DNA of 64,000 bases from Candidatus Lustribacter sp. (GCA_965277805.1 OZ255842.1:2560001-2624000); one strand, 5' to 3'; shown: positions 1-13,860, counted from the first letter of the stretch. Notes: generated by a model from the sequence alone, not told the origin. Numbers and translations: made by a program.

Positions 1-421
1 GATCCCCCCGGCCATGTACAAGAAGGCGCACCGGCACATCGACGGCGCGCACGTGCTCACCCTCAGCGGCAACGGCTATTCGCTGCTCTGGTATCCGGGT
101 GAGAAAGACTTCGAACGCGTCGATTGGGAATACGGCGTCGTCTTTCCGCCGCAAGCCAACCAGTTTCATCAGCATTTCGTCACGAGCAACAACGCGTCGC
201 GCTACATCGCCACCGGCATCGGCGGCATGCGCTACCCGCTCACCGAAGAGCACCGCCGGATCGCGCTCGGCAAGCCGGGTGATAAGCAATCGCTCTCACT
301 CAGCGTGAAGGACGGCGGCGACCAGATCGAGTTCACCGATCAAGACCCGCGCATTCACGAAATCTGGCGCGAAGAGATGCGCAAGAACGGCATCCCGTCG
401 GACTGGGACCCCACGCACTGA
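1..421 (+). CDS. Cupin-domain protein, C-terminal part (5' truncated by window edge); paralog of 25024-26184
   Basis: YKKAHRH...GYSLLW...FHQHF...GGDQIEFTDQDPRI aligns by eye with YHKAHHH...GYSLMW...FHQHF...GGTLIEYEDEDPRI of ORF 25024. Confidence 0.8.
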   Translation, partial: IPPAMYKKAHRHIDGAHVLTLSGNGYSLLWYPGEKDFERVDWEYGVVFPPQANQFHQHFVTSNNASRYIATGIGGMRYPLTEEHRRIALGKPGDKQSLSLSVKDGGDQIEFTDQDPRIHEIWREEMRKNGIPSDWDPTH

Positions 422-423
422 CC

Positions 424-447
424 GTCATCCCGAGCTTGTCGAGGGAC
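424..447 (+). repeat. Palindromic REP-like element, copy 1 (GTCATCCCGAGCTTGTCGAGGGAC)
   Basis: 23 nt identical to 50920-50942; variant at 28850-28893; lies just after a stop codon. Confidence 0.8.
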
Positions 448-508
448 AGCCACGATATTGCCAGTTTGACCCAAGCGCCCTCACAAGCTTCTGCGCGATG
501 ATGCGGGC

Positions 509-829
509 ATGGAAAACGCTACGACCGTCATCTTTCCCGTCGGAGATTTCACCTCCGCGATCATGCGGAAGGTCGCCGATTCCTTGGGCGAAGCCTCGTC
601 GCGCGGACGCACGATCGTGATCTCGCTGCAGTGGACCGCGCGCTGGTCCTGGGATGCGTTGTGCCAGCTCTCGGAATCGCTGCACGACCGTTACCGGAAT
701 GCGCGCGTGTGTTTTACCGGGGTTCCGCCGGCCCGCCGCGCGCTGTTGCGGGAAGTCGGGCTCAGCGGGGCTTGGATCGCCGACGAACCGTTACCCGGTT
801 CGGCGCAACAGGTCCTGATTGCCGCCTGA
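509..829 (+). CDS. Hypothetical protein, possibly STAS/anti-anti-sigma-like
   Basis: 106 aa; alternating beta/alpha pattern and 'VCFTGVPPARRALLREVGL' resemble a STAS C-terminus. Confidence 0.5.
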   Translation: MENATTVIFPVGDFTSAIMRKVADSLGEASSRGRTIVISLQWTARWSWDALCQLSESLHDRYRNARVCFTGVPPARRALLREVGLSGAWIADEPLPGSAQQVLIAA

Positions 830-832
830 GCG

Positions 833-1414
833 CTACGGATGCGCGTGACAGATCAGGTCGGCGTTGTTCGGTAACACGCCGAAGAAGGTGAGTTCGGCCA
901 CGCCGATCGCGGGCAGGTAGATGACCGTGTTCAGTTTCCGGCCGTTGAGGTAATCGGAGAACGCGAAACCGTCGGCCTTCGCTCCGTTGGCGTCGGCCGT
1001 CGCCTTCATACCCTCGAAGCGCTTCTCAATCTGTGCGCCGCTGATGCTGTGGTAGGTGCTGCGCTGCCCCGCGGCCGGCGGAACTGCCGGCAAAAGCAAA
1101 GCCTTGGGAAAGCGTTTGATCACGCCGGGCTGCAGCAAGTAGCCGTACGCGTAGATATTGCCCTGTGCGTCGGCCGCACGATACGCCTGCGTCTTCGTCA
1201 TCGAGGGCCCGATCGCAACGGCCGTCGTGACCAGCATGGCGTTGGGCGCGATCTTCGGATCGCCGGGCGCGACGTCGACGGTAACGTACCCCTGCGTGTT
1301 GCAGTGCAGCAGTTGGTGAAAACCGGCGTTCATCGGCGTCAGCGGGCCGGCGGCACCGGCCGGCGCGCTCGCGAGCAACGTGAGGGCAAGAGTCAGTGCA
1401 ATGCGGACGTTCAT
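833..1414 (-). CDS. Secreted hypothetical protein
   Basis: N-terminal signal peptide (MNVRIALTLALTLLASAPAGAA); start overlaps the stop of the upstream TPP enzyme. Confidence 0.7.
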   Translation of the reverse strand: MNVRIALTLALTLLASAPAGAAGPLTPMNAGFHQLLHCNTQGYVTVDVAPGDPKIAPNAMLVTTAVAIGPSMTKTQAYRAADAQGNIYAYGYLLQPGVIKRFPKALLLPAVPPAAGQRSTYHSISGAQIEKRFEGMKATADANGAKADGFAFSDYLNGRKLNTVIYLPAIGVAELTFFGVLPNNADLICHAHP

Positions 1415-3045
1415 CAGTAGCGTGATGCTTTCGTTTCTTGCGCGGTGATGAACTCCAGCAGCGCGGGTCTCCCGGCGCGCGTCTGTTCGATGCCGCGTTT
1501 GATCGCCGGAACGATCTCTTCGGGTGCGGTGATGCGTTCGCCATAGCCGCCGAAGGCGCGCGCCATAGCGGCGTAGTCGCCGGAGATGTCGGTCGAGCGA
1601 TACTTCTTCGTCGCTTCCGGCATCACGTTGAGTTCGATCGCCATGGCCGAGTTGTTGAGCAAAATCGAGAGGATCGGAATGCGCTCGCGCACCGCCGTCT
1701 CGAAGTCCATGCCGGTGAAGCCGATCGCGGCGTCACCCCAAACGTTGATGCACAGCTTCTCCGGCCGCGCCAGTTTGGCGCCCATGGCGAGCCCGAGCCC
1801 GTAGCCGAGCTGCGTCGTCTTTCCCCAGCCGATGTAGCTGTGCGGCGCGGTCGACTTCCAGAACGGCGTGAGCTGATCGCGCGGGCTGCCGGCGTCGTGC
1901 GTGATGATCGTCTCGGCTTTGTCGACCGTCTGCTGCAGATCCCAGAGCACGCGATAGGGGCTGATCGGCGTCTCGGCCGAGGTCAGCTTCGGCATCCATT
2001 CGGCGAGCCACGGCTCTTCGACCAACGCGATCTCGGCCTGCACCGCGGCCGGGTCGCTGGCGGTGCCTTCGAGCAGTTCGCGACACGCGTCGACGAGCGC
2101 ACGCAGCGCGAGCTGCGCATCGCCGGCCAGGCCCACCACGGAACGCACCGATTTGTTCAAGTCGTTGGGGTCGCTCGTCAAGTGAACGAACGTCTTCCCG
2201 GGCGGCATCTTGATCGCGAACGACGATTCCGAGAAACTGCAGCCCGCGCCGAAGATCACGTCGGCGTTATCGAGGAAGTGCCGCACCGTCTTCGGCATCG
2301 CCGCGCCGCCGGCGCCGAGCGCGAGCGGATGCGTTTCGTCGAACGCGCTCTTGCCCTCGAGGCTCGTGCACACGGGCGCCGCGAGCAACTCGGCCAGCTC
2401 TTTCAGTTCCGCATACGCTCCGGCCCAGTGGATGCCGGCGCCGGCATAAATCGTCAAGCGCTTCGCGCCGACGAGCACTTCGGCCGCGCTTTTGACGTCG
2501 TCGGGATCGGGTCCGCTGCGCGTCGCGTAGACGGGCGCGTAGTCGAGCGGTTCGGGAACCTCGGCGCCGTAGAGATCGTTCGGGATCTCGATCACCACCG
2601 GGCGCAGACGGCCGTTGCGCAGCAGCGAGAACGCGCGCCGCATGATGTTCGGCACTTCCGCGCCCGACGTGATCGGCTCCGCGTGCTTGGACACCGGTTC
2701 GAACACCCGGGTCGAGTTGAAATTATCCGGCACGTGCGCGATGCGCGTTGCGTACCCGCCCGGCAGGATCAGTAACGGAATGGATTCCGAATACGCCTGC
2801 GCAACCGAACCGAACGCGTTCTCGATCCCCGGTCCGTGCTGGCATGCGAACACGCCGATCTTCTTGCCGTGCGAGAGGCGCGCGACGGCGTCGGCCATGT
2901 GCACCGCGATGCGTTCCTGACGCACGATGATCGGACGGATGTCGGCTTCGGCCGCGGCCTCGATCACCGCGTTGCGCGGGTAGGCGAAGAGAATCTCAAC
3001 ACCTTCTCGCTTGAGGATCTCGGCAATGGCGGCGGCAGCCTTCAT
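1414..3045 (-). CDS. Thiamine-pyrophosphate-dependent enzyme (acetolactate synthase-like superfamily)
   Basis: RQE catalytic Glu motif, HGPGIEN, WGDAA...LLNN TPP-binding motif; 543 aa. Confidence 0.9.
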   Translation of the reverse strand: MKAAAAIAEILKREGVEILFAYPRNAVIEAAAEADIRPIIVRQERIAVHMADAVARLSHGKKIGVFACQHGPGIENAFGSVAQAYSESIPLLILPGGYATRIAHVPDNFNSTRVFEPVSKHAEPITSGAEVPNIMRRAFSLLRNGRLRPVVIEIPNDLYGAEVPEPLDYAPVYATRSGPDPDDVKSAAEVLVGAKRLTIYAGAGIHWAGAYAELKELAELLAAPVCTSLEGKSAFDETHPLALGAGGAAMPKTVRHFLDNADVIFGAGCSFSESSFAIKMPPGKTFVHLTSDPNDLNKSVRSVVGLAGDAQLALRALVDACRELLEGTASDPAAVQAEIALVEEPWLAEWMPKLTSAETPISPYRVLWDLQQTVDKAETIITHDAGSPRDQLTPFWKSTAPHSYIGWGKTTQLGYGLGLAMGAKLARPEKLCINVWGDAAIGFTGMDFETAVRERIPILSILLNNSAMAIELNVMPEATKKYRSTDISGDYAAMARAFGGYGERITAPEEIVPAIKRGIEQTRAGRPALLEFITAQETKASRY

Positions 3046-6000
3046 GACGGATCCGCGAACAGAAACTCGAGATCGTCTTTGGTGAGCGACTTCGCGATCG
3101 CGCTGTCGGCCTTGATGACCGAACGCGAGAGCGCGCTCTTGCGCTCGGCAAGCGCGCGAATCTTTTCCTCAACCGATCCGGCCGTGACCATCCGGTACGC
3201 CGTGACCGGGCGCGTTTGTCCGATGCGGTGCGTGCGGTCGATCGCCTGACGCTCGACGGCCGGATTCCACCACGGATCGTAGAGGATTACGTAGTCGGCT
3301 GCGGTCAGCGTCAGCCCGACACCGCCGGCCTTGAGCGAGCAGAGGAACACCGGCGGCCCATCGGCGGACATGAAGCGCTCGACTTCCGCCTGCCGGTCGC
3401 GATCTTTAGTCGAACCATCGAGATAACCCAACACGACGTCGCGCTTTTGCAACGCGGTGCGCATGATCTTCAGCATCGAGGCAAAGGCCGAGAACACCAG
3501 AACTTTGTGTCCGCCGGAGAGCACTTCTTCCACGGTCTCGAGGAAGGCGTCGAACTTGCCGCTCGCCTCGGGCTCATCGATGTACTCGGGCAGAATCAAA
3601 CCGGGATGCGCGCAGACCTGGCGCAACCGCGTCAGCGCGGCCAGGACGTGAACCGTCGCGCCTTCCATCCCGTTCTCGCCGCCGATGTTCGCGATCACGT
3701 CGCGGCGCGCGGCCTCGGCGATGCCGCGATACAACCGGCGCTGCAACGGCGAGAGGTCGCACTCGATGATCTGTTCGGTGCGTTCCGGCAGCTCGCGTGC
3801 CACGTCTTCTTTGGTGCGGCGCAACACGAACGGCTCGAGCCGCGAACGCAGTTGGTGCGCCGCCGTTTCGTCGCCTTCGGCGATCGGGTTCTCGAAGCGC
3901 CGCCGGAACGAAGCTTCCGAGCCGAGCAGGCCCGGTTCGACGAACGCGAAGATCGACCACAGGTCGCGCAGCGAGTTCTCGACCGGCGTACCCGTGAGCG
4001 CCAGCCGGTGATCGGCCCTCAGATTACGCACGACCTTGGCGATCTGAGAACTCGGGTTCTTCGCGTTCTGCGCCTCATCGAGAATCAGCGTGCGGAAGTT
4101 GAAGCGTTCGAGCTGTTCCGCATCGAGCCGCGCCAACGCGTACGAGGTGATGATCACGTCGTAGTTCTCGAGTTCGGCGTAGCGCTGCGCGCGATCGGCC
4201 CCTGATTGCAAACGTAACGTCGTCAACGTGGGCGCGAAGCGGGCGATCTCGTTTTCCCACGTGTGCGTGACCGACGTCGGCGCGATGACCAGACACGGCG
4301 CCGCGCCTTCTATCTCTTTGCGATGTAGTAGGTATGTGATCATCTCTAACGTCTTACCTAATCCCATTTCGTCGGCAAGAATGCCGCCGAACCGGAACGA
4401 CGCGAGATACTGTAAGAAGTCGAGGCCGCGGCGCTGATACCCCCGCAGCGTTTTGGCCAGCGTCGCCGGAGGCTCGATCTCTTCGATGCCGCCGAAATTG
4501 CGCAGACGGGCGCGCAAGATTTCCACTTCTTCGGGCAGCGCAACATCGCCGAAGGCTTCGTGAATTTCGTCGTGCAGCGCAACGAGCGCCGCCATGCCGG
4601 TACGGCGGCGATCGTTCAGCTCGGAGAGGAGCGTGCGGCGCATCCGCAGCGCCTCGACGTCGAAGAGCTTGCCGCGCACTTCCGCGTAACGGCCGCTCGA
4701 TTGCAGCAGGGCCGCGAGTTCTTTCGGCGTCAGCGCCGAGCCGTCGCCGACGAACACGTCGACGTTGAGTTCGAACCAGTCACGCTCGCCGTCCTGATCG
4801 GCCGGACGCGCGGAGATCGACACGTTCATCGCCGATTCGCCCGACGCAACAGCGCTCAGCGAGTCGTCGAGAATGATGTCGACGTCGTCCCACTCGCCCA
4901 CGACCTCGCGCACGAACGTGGCCGCGCGCTCGACGTCGTGCAGCGCGAACGCGTCGCTGCCGCGCGGCACGAAGCCGGCTTCGAGGAACCGGTGCGCGAA
5001 CGCGCGCGCCGTCGCCGGCGCAAACCGCACGAACCGGCCGTTGTTCGCGGCCACCGCGCCGTGAACCGAGAACGTTGCATTGGCTTCGCTCTTGCGATCG
5101 ATGAACTGCAGACGCCCGATCAGCGCGCCGTCGCTCCAGCGCAAACGCGCGAGCGCGGCCGGCGCTTCGGCGTCGACGACGCCGAGTTCGCGCCGGTCGG
5201 TCGCGGACAGAAAGGGCGCGACGCGGGCGATCGTGCCGATCGAAGGATGCTTGCCGTTGGCGCTCGCCGAGCCGTTGAGCGCCGGCGCGGCAGCGGCCGC
5301 CGCGACGACCTTGCGCGCATCGAAGCTGTCGTCGAGCAGGTAGGCGGTGCGGTTGACGACCAGCCACGACGGCGGACCGTCAACGATCAGCGCGCCGCGC
5401 GGCGTGAAACGCTCGCCGTTGCCGCGTTCGAGCGCGGGGACGAACCGGTCGCCTTCGCGCACGGCGCGCAGCTGCAGCCCGCGCACGTCGATGTCGAAGG
5501 GCACGAGTTCGACCGGATGCCGGTTCGCGCTCGGTTCGTCGTCAAAGCGCGTACGCGGATGGCGCGCGAGCCGGAAGAGCGCGCGTGCGAGCGCCCGCTG
5601 TGAGACGCGCGTACCGAACGCTTCCTGCACCGCTTCGTCGCGAATCAGTTCGCGGTCGGCGTTGTCCCAATCGTCGGGCGGCGTCGATTCCATCATTGCG
5701 AGGATCGACTCGGCGTCACGAATGACGCCCCGCAAACGCGGCGTGTCGAGGTAGAGGGCGCCGGTGAGCACCTTGCCGTCGGCCGCGGAGATCACCGGCC
5801 ACACGCTGCGGGCGCGCGCCCGGGGCGCCTCGAGATCGATCGCGGGCAGCCAGGTCAGGTCGATCTCGGCATCGGCCGGATCGGTCGGCACCGGCGCCTC
5901 ATCGGCCCGGCGCACGGTCTCCAACGTGGCCACGACGTGTTCGCAGACGCCGGTCGAGCCGCAGGTACAGACGCTGCGCAGGGCCTGCGGTCCGGTGCCG

Positions 6001-6218
6001 CTGGCCCATTCCACGCCGCACGACACGCCGCCGCGGTCGGCGACGGTCGCCTCGATCTTCACGCCCTCCACCGAACGTAGAGTAACGCGGCCCGCATCAG
6101 CGAGCTCGAGAGCGGCACGGGTCAGGTCGCGTGCAAACCAATTTCCGATCGACGCCGGCAAGCGCGATCGCCACAGGGCAAAGGGAGTCAACCGTGGGGT
6201 ATTCGCCGCTACCGCCAC
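3042..6218 (-). CDS. SWIM zinc-finger SNF2-family helicase/ATPase
   Basis: CTC...CEH SWIM finger; LADEMGLGKT, DEAQ, TGTPVEN, GGVGLTLTAA, WWNPAVERQAIDRTHRIGQ. Confidence 0.95.
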   Translation of the reverse strand: MAVAANTPRLTPFALWRSRLPASIGNWFARDLTRAALELADAGRVTLRSVEGVKIEATVADRGGVSCGVEWASGTGPQALRSVCTCGSTGVCEHVVATLETVRRADEAPVPTDPADAEIDLTWLPAIDLEAPRARARSVWPVISAADGKVLTGALYLDTPRLRGVIRDAESILAMMESTPPDDWDNADRELIRDEAVQEAFGTRVSQRALARALFRLARHPRTRFDDEPSANRHPVELVPFDIDVRGLQLRAVREGDRFVPALERGNGERFTPRGALIVDGPPSWLVVNRTAYLLDDSFDARKVVAAAAAAPALNGSASANGKHPSIGTIARVAPFLSATDRRELGVVDAEAPAALARLRWSDGALIGRLQFIDRKSEANATFSVHGAVAANNGRFVRFAPATARAFAHRFLEAGFVPRGSDAFALHDVERAATFVREVVGEWDDVDIILDDSLSAVASGESAMNVSISARPADQDGERDWFELNVDVFVGDGSALTPKELAALLQSSGRYAEVRGKLFDVEALRMRRTLLSELNDRRRTGMAALVALHDEIHEAFGDVALPEEVEILRARLRNFGGIEEIEPPATLAKTLRGYQRRGLDFLQYLASFRFGGILADEMGLGKTLEMITYLLHRKEIEGAAPCLVIAPTSVTHTWENEIARFAPTLTTLRLQSGADRAQRYAELENYDVIITSYALARLDAEQLERFNFRTLILDEAQNAKNPSSQIAKVVRNLRADHRLALTGTPVENSLRDLWSIFAFVEPGLLGSEASFRRRFENPIAEGDETAAHQLRSRLEPFVLRRTKEDVARELPERTEQIIECDLSPLQRRLYRGIAEAARRDVIANIGGENGMEGATVHVLAALTRLRQVCAHPGLILPEYIDEPEASGKFDAFLETVEEVLSGGHKVLVFSAFASMLKIMRTALQKRDVVLGYLDGSTKDRDRQAEVERFMSADGPPVFLCSLKAGGVGLTLTAADYVILYDPWWNPAVERQAIDRTHRIGQTRPVTAYRMVTAGSVEEKIRALAERKSALSRSVIKADSAIAKSLTKDDLEFLFADPS

Positions 6219-6240
6219 GGTTTACTCGGACTTTGCGGGA

Positions 6241-8742
<2,502 letters not shown>

Positions 8743-8918
8743 AACGGTTCTGAACTCCCCGAGCGATCATGTCGCTCCCTGCATACCCAACACTCCCGAA
8801 TCGCTCCGTGGGTGAGGGTTTCTCCTTTAACGAGTTTCGGGTTGCGGTGGTTGCAAACGTTTAGCCCTTTGGCGGACCGGTCGCCCCGTCCGCTGTACGC
8901 CTAGGGGTCGTTCCGGGG

Positions 8919-9872
8919 ATGACTGTCCGCCCTCCTGTGGAAACGTGCAGCTTTCGTCGCACGCCCCTCGACGCGGAGAAATCCTTGCTGGCGGCTATCA
9001 GCTCGACGCAGTTCCTCGACCAGTTGGTCAACGGCATCAGTTTAGGGATGCTTTACATTCTGGTCGCGCTGGGTCTGAACATCATTCTCGGCCTGATGGG
9101 TGTGATCAACTTCTCCCACGGCTCGTTCTTCATGCTCGGCGCGTACTTTATGTACTCGTTCGTACCGCTCGTCGGGTTCTGGCCCGCCATCGTGATCGCC
9201 GCGGTACTCGTCGGGTTGCTCGGCATGGTGTTCGAAGCGGCGCTCGTGCGCCCGCTCTATCGCCGCTTGCCTGAGTACACCCTGTTGCTCACGTTCGGTA
9301 CCGCACTCATCTTCGCCCAAATCACGCGCGCTCGCTGGGGCGACGACGCGGTGCGCGTCGAGATTCCATCCTACTTCGCGAACACGCTGACGGTCGGCGG
9401 CTACCAGTTGCCGTTCTATCGCGACGTGTTCTTGGTGCTCGTGACGGTCGTCATTCTGATCGGCGTTTGGCTCTTGTTGAACAAGACGAACATCGGGATG
9501 ATCATCCGCGCCGGCACGCGCGATGCCGAAATGGTGAAGATCCTCGGCATCAACATGCCGGTCATGTTCACCCTGGTGTTCGGAATCGGTTCGCTGATGG
9601 CCGGACTCGCCGGCGCACTTGCGGCGCCGCTGTATGCGGTCGCCCCGAACCTCTCCTCGCAATGGATCGTCTTGACGTTCGTGATCGTGATCGTCGGCGG
9701 GATCGGTTCGTTCTGGGGTGCGATCGTCGGCGGCCTCGTGATCGGCGTGCTTTCGAGCCTCATGTCGCTGTTCTGGCCGCCCGCCGTCGACGTCACCGGC
9801 TACGTTCTCATGGGCATCGTCCTTTTGGTGCGCCCGCGCGGCCTCTTCGGCGTCGAGGGTCTGTTCGAGTGA
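8919..9872 (+). CDS. livH: Branched-chain amino acid ABC transporter permease (true start probably slightly downstream)
   Basis: QLVNGISLG...GVINFSHGSFFMLGAY; IVGGIGS. Confidence 0.9.
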   Translation: MTVRPPVETCSFRRTPLDAEKSLLAAISSTQFLDQLVNGISLGMLYILVALGLNIILGLMGVINFSHGSFFMLGAYFMYSFVPLVGFWPAIVIAAVLVGLLGMVFEAALVRPLYRRLPEYTLLLTFGTALIFAQITRARWGDDAVRVEIPSYFANTLTVGGYQLPFYRDVFLVLVTVVILIGVWLLLNKTNIGMIIRAGTRDAEMVKILGINMPVMFTLVFGIGSLMAGLAGALAAPLYAVAPNLSSQWIVLTFVIVIVGGIGSFWGAIVGGLVIGVLSSLMSLFWPPAVDVTGYVLMGIVLLVRPRGLFGVEGLFE

Positions 9873-10972
9873 CGGTCCGGCGAATTCTGATCCATCCGCT
9901 CTTGTGGACGGCGGTCGTGTTCGTCATTCTGCCGCAGGTCGCGGGGGCGAATCCGTTCACGGGAACGAGCGGCTTCGTCGACATCGCGACGACGATGCTG
10001 ATCTTCGGGCTCTTGGCCGGCGGCTTTAACCTGCTGCTCGGGCACGTCGGCGAACTGTCGTTCGGGCATGCGATGTTTTTCGCAATCGGGGCCTACACGA
10101 CGGCGCTCTACATCAAAGGCTTCTCGGTCAACGTCTTCGGGTACACGTGGAACCACGACGCGGCCTCGAATATGTGGATCGCATTGCTGCTCTCGCTGCT
10201 GCTCGTGCTCGTGTGGTCGGTGCTGCTCGCGCGCCTGATCGTGCCGCGTTCGAGCGGCGTCTACTACTCGATGATCACGCTCGCGTTCGCGCAGGTCATT
10301 TACTTCATCGCGTTCACGTGGAGCGATCTCACCCACGGCGAGGACGGCCTGCAGGGCGTACCGCGGCCGGCCTTACCCGGGCTGCCGCCGGGCTATCTCG
10401 GTGACTCGTTCCACTTCTATACTTTCACGGCGATCGTCGCTTTTCTCTGTCTCGTGCTGCTCTACTGGATCACGGTCTCACCGTTCGGCACGGTGCTTCA
10501 CGCAATTCGTGAGAATAAAATACGCGCGCGCTTCCTCGGCTACGACGTGAACAAGTACCGCGTCAACGCGTTCGTGCTCTCGGCGCTCTTCCCGGCCGTC
10601 GCCGGTTGGCTGTGGACCTACTACCAGCAGTCGATCAATCCCGACGCGAGCTCGGTGGCGTATTCCGGCAACCTCGTGATGATGTCGCTGCTCGGCGGCG
10701 TGCAATCGTTCTTCGGGCCGATCCTCGGTTCGATCGTCTACTGGGAACTGCAGAACAACATCTCGCAGGTTACCAAATACTGGGAAGCGTGGATCGGCGT
10801 GGTATTCGTCGTGTTCGTGCTGGCGAGCCCGCGCGGGATCATGGGGCTGCTTGATGACGCGCGGCATTACGGCGTGAGCGGCATCTTCTCGCGCAGCAGG
10901 CGCGATGCGATCGAAGCGAGCCACGAGCTACCGGCCGTCGATGAGGTCGGGGCAGGCGAGATCGTGCCATGA
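9869..10972 (+). CDS. livM: Branched-chain amino acid ABC transporter permease
   Basis: GTG overlapping livH stop (GTGA); GELSFGHAMFFAIGAY, TLAFAQ, AIREN...ARFLG. Confidence 0.9.
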   Translation: MTVRRILIHPLLWTAVVFVILPQVAGANPFTGTSGFVDIATTMLIFGLLAGGFNLLLGHVGELSFGHAMFFAIGAYTTALYIKGFSVNVFGYTWNHDAASNMWIALLLSLLLVLVWSVLLARLIVPRSSGVYYSMITLAFAQVIYFIAFTWSDLTHGEDGLQGVPRPALPGLPPGYLGDSFHFYTFTAIVAFLCLVLLYWITVSPFGTVLHAIRENKIRARFLGYDVNKYRVNAFVLSALFPAVAGWLWTYYQQSINPDASSVAYSGNLVMMSLLGGVQSFFGPILGSIVYWELQNNISQVTKYWEAWIGVVFVVFVLASPRGIMGLLDDARHYGVSGIFSRSRRDAIEASHELPAVDEVGAGEIVP

Positions 10973-11715
10973 GTTACGTCTTCAAGACCGAGGCCCTCAC
11001 CAAACGTTTCTCCGGCTTCACCGCGGTGAACGACGTCTCGATCGAGATTCCGGAAGGCGGCGTGCGCACGATCATCGGCCCGAACGGTGCCGGCAAGACG
11101 ACGTTCTTCAACCTGCTCAGCGGCGCGCTGCCGCCGAGCGACGGCCGGATCTTCTTCCGCGACCAGGACGTCACCACGCTCGAGCCCTACCAGCGCGCGC
11201 GGCTCGGCATCGCGCGCTCGTTCCAGATCACGAACATTTTCGGACGCCTGAGCGTCGCGGAGAACGTACGGCTCGCGGTCCAAGCGGTACGCGACGGCAA
11301 AGCGAATTTCTTTCTGCCGCTCAAGAACGCGCGCGCCATCGGTGCTGCGACCGATCGTATCCTCAACGATATCGGCCTGTGGCCGGCTCGCAACGCGCGC
11401 GCCGAAAATCTCTCGCACGGCGATCAGCGCCGGCTCGAGATCGGCCTCGTGCTCGCGAGCGATCCGCCCGTCTTGCTGCTCGATGAACCGCTGGCCGGCA
11501 TGTCGCCGACCGAAACGCACGAGACCGTCGCGCTCATCCAGCGCATCTCACCCGATCGTACGATCATGCTGGTCGAGCACGACATCGACGTCGTAATGGC
11601 GATCTCGACCACGATCACGGTGTTCCAAACCGGCGCCGTCCTCGCCAGCGGAACGCCGGAAGAGATCCGCGCCGATCAAAACGTCCAGCGCGCCTACCTG
11701 GGAGAGATCGCCTAA
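10969..11715 (+). CDS. livG: Branched-chain amino acid ABC transporter ATP-binding protein
   Basis: GPNGAGKTT, LSHGDQ, DEPLAG, VEHD, C-terminal AYLG. Confidence 0.92.
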   Translation: MSYVFKTEALTKRFSGFTAVNDVSIEIPEGGVRTIIGPNGAGKTTFFNLLSGALPPSDGRIFFRDQDVTTLEPYQRARLGIARSFQITNIFGRLSVAENVRLAVQAVRDGKANFFLPLKNARAIGAATDRILNDIGLWPARNARAENLSHGDQRRLEIGLVLASDPPVLLLDEPLAGMSPTETHETVALIQRISPDRTIMLVEHDIDVVMAISTTITVFQTGAVLASGTPEEIRADQNVQRAYLGEIA

Positions 11716-11716
11716 C

Positions 11717-12415
<699 letters not shown>

Positions 12416-12461
12416 GGGTACGGCGTAACCGCCGGGAGCCGTCCGCGGTTGGAGGAGCGAT

Positions 12462-12773
12462 ATGGTTACACAAGAGATCGTCCGTGAAGCGCTGGCCGAG
12501 GTTCAGGACCCCGAACTCCACATGGGCATTCTCGAGCTCGGCTTGGTCTACGACGTCCTGGTCGAGGGCGACGAGGGCAAGGAGGTCACCGTCGTGATGA
12601 CGCTGACCTCGCCGATGTGCCCGGTGGGCCCGATGTTCACCCAGGCCGTCCAGTCGAAGGTCGAGGGCCTCGACGGCGTCGACCGCTGCAAGGTCGACCT
12701 CACCTTCTCCCCGCCGTGGGACCCCAAGACCATGGCCTCCGACGACGTAAAGAACCAACTCGGCATCTGGTGA
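12462..12773 (+). CDS. Metal-sulfur cluster assembly factor (SufT/PaaD, DUF59)
   Basis: V.DPE...ELGLVY, MTLTSPMCP, FSPPW; GGAG RBS upstream. Confidence 0.9.
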   Translation: MVTQEIVREALAEVQDPELHMGILELGLVYDVLVEGDEGKEVTVVMTLTSPMCPVGPMFTQAVQSKVEGLDGVDRCKVDLTFSPPWDPKTMASDDVKNQLGIW

Positions 12774-13823
12774 TTACGCGAACTTCGGCATGACTTTCTT
12801 CGCGAAGAGCTTCATCGAGCGCTTCGCGTCGGCGTAGTTGATGGTGTTGAAGTTGACTTGGAGTGAGGCGATCTCGAAGTCGCCGACTTGCTCGCAGTAG
12901 TCGGCGATCTGCTCGCGGACTTGCTTCGGCGTGCCGACCCACGCGGTGCCGCTCGCGACGTTGCTCTCGAACGTATCTTGCTTGAGCTTCTCGATCATCG
13001 CGCCGTAGTTGGCATAGTCTTTCGAGCTGGTGCCGGTGGTCCAGTCGCTCGCCGCTTCGACGATCGCCGCTAAGTAGCGGTTGAGCGGGTCGCGCGCGAT
13101 GCGCACCGCTTCTTCGGCATCTTCGTGGCAGAACATATGGAAGGCGATCATCACGCGCCCATTGCCGGGATGTCCGGCCGACTTCCAGGCGTCGCGATAC
13201 ACGCCGATCAGCCGGCGCATCTCCGCATGCAGAATCGGAATCCCCATCACCGCGTGACCGAGCCGCCCGGCGTTCGCGAACGACGATTCGGTGGCGAGCG
13301 CGGCGACCCAGAACGGCGGGCGCGGTTTCTGCGTCGGCCGCGGCAGCGACGTCGTCGTGCCGAAGGCGTGGAACTTGCCGTTGATCGCGACGTTCTCTTC
13401 TTCCAAGAGCCGGCGCACCATCTCGAGCCCTTCATCGAAGCGTTCGCGGCTCTCATCGAGGCTGATCCCGAAGCGCGCGAATTCGTGCGGCAAGAACGCG
13501 CGCGCGAAACCGACTTCGAGCCGCCCGTGCGAGATCGCATCGAGCATGCCGATCTCGCCCGCCATCTTAAGCGGATGGTTGAACACCGGCAACACGGCGC
13601 CCGTGATCAAACGCATCTTCTTCGTGCGCTGCGCGGCAGCGGTCAAGAACAGCAGCGGGTTGGGTGAATAGCCGCCGTAGGGGGTGAAGTAGTGTTCGAC
13701 CATGCGCACGTGCGTGTAGCCGAGGTCCTCGCCCAACTCGCACAAATCGAGCGCATCGTCAAAATACGCTTCCGCCGTGACCTCGTTTCCGACCGACGGG
13801 AAGAACTGCAGACCGAATTCCAT
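12774..13823 (-). CDS. LLM-class (luciferase-like) flavin-dependent oxidoreductase
   Basis: EHYF...YSPNPLLFLTAAAQRT, LDAISHGRLEVG, PRPTQKPRPP. Confidence 0.92.
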   Translation of the reverse strand: MEFGLQFFPSVGNEVTAEAYFDDALDLCELGEDLGYTHVRMVEHYFTPYGGYSPNPLLFLTAAAQRTKKMRLITGAVLPVFNHPLKMAGEIGMLDAISHGRLEVGFARAFLPHEFARFGISLDESRERFDEGLEMVRRLLEEENVAINGKFHAFGTTTSLPRPTQKPRPPFWVAALATESSFANAGRLGHAVMGIPILHAEMRRLIGVYRDAWKSAGHPGNGRVMIAFHMFCHEDAEEAVRIARDPLNRYLAAIVEAASDWTTGTSSKDYANYGAMIEKLKQDTFESNVASGTAWVGTPKQVREQIADYCEQVGDFEIASLQVNFNTINYADAKRSMKLFAKKVMPKFA

Positions 13824-13860
13824 TGCCCCCGGCGTTTGCGCCCTCTGTGCCCGGCCCTCC

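Noticed and set aside
3042-6218. SNF2 ATPase as part of an anti-phage system
   Set aside because: SWIM-SNF2 architecture is the widespread housekeeping type; no methylase, nuclease or other defence genes adjacent.
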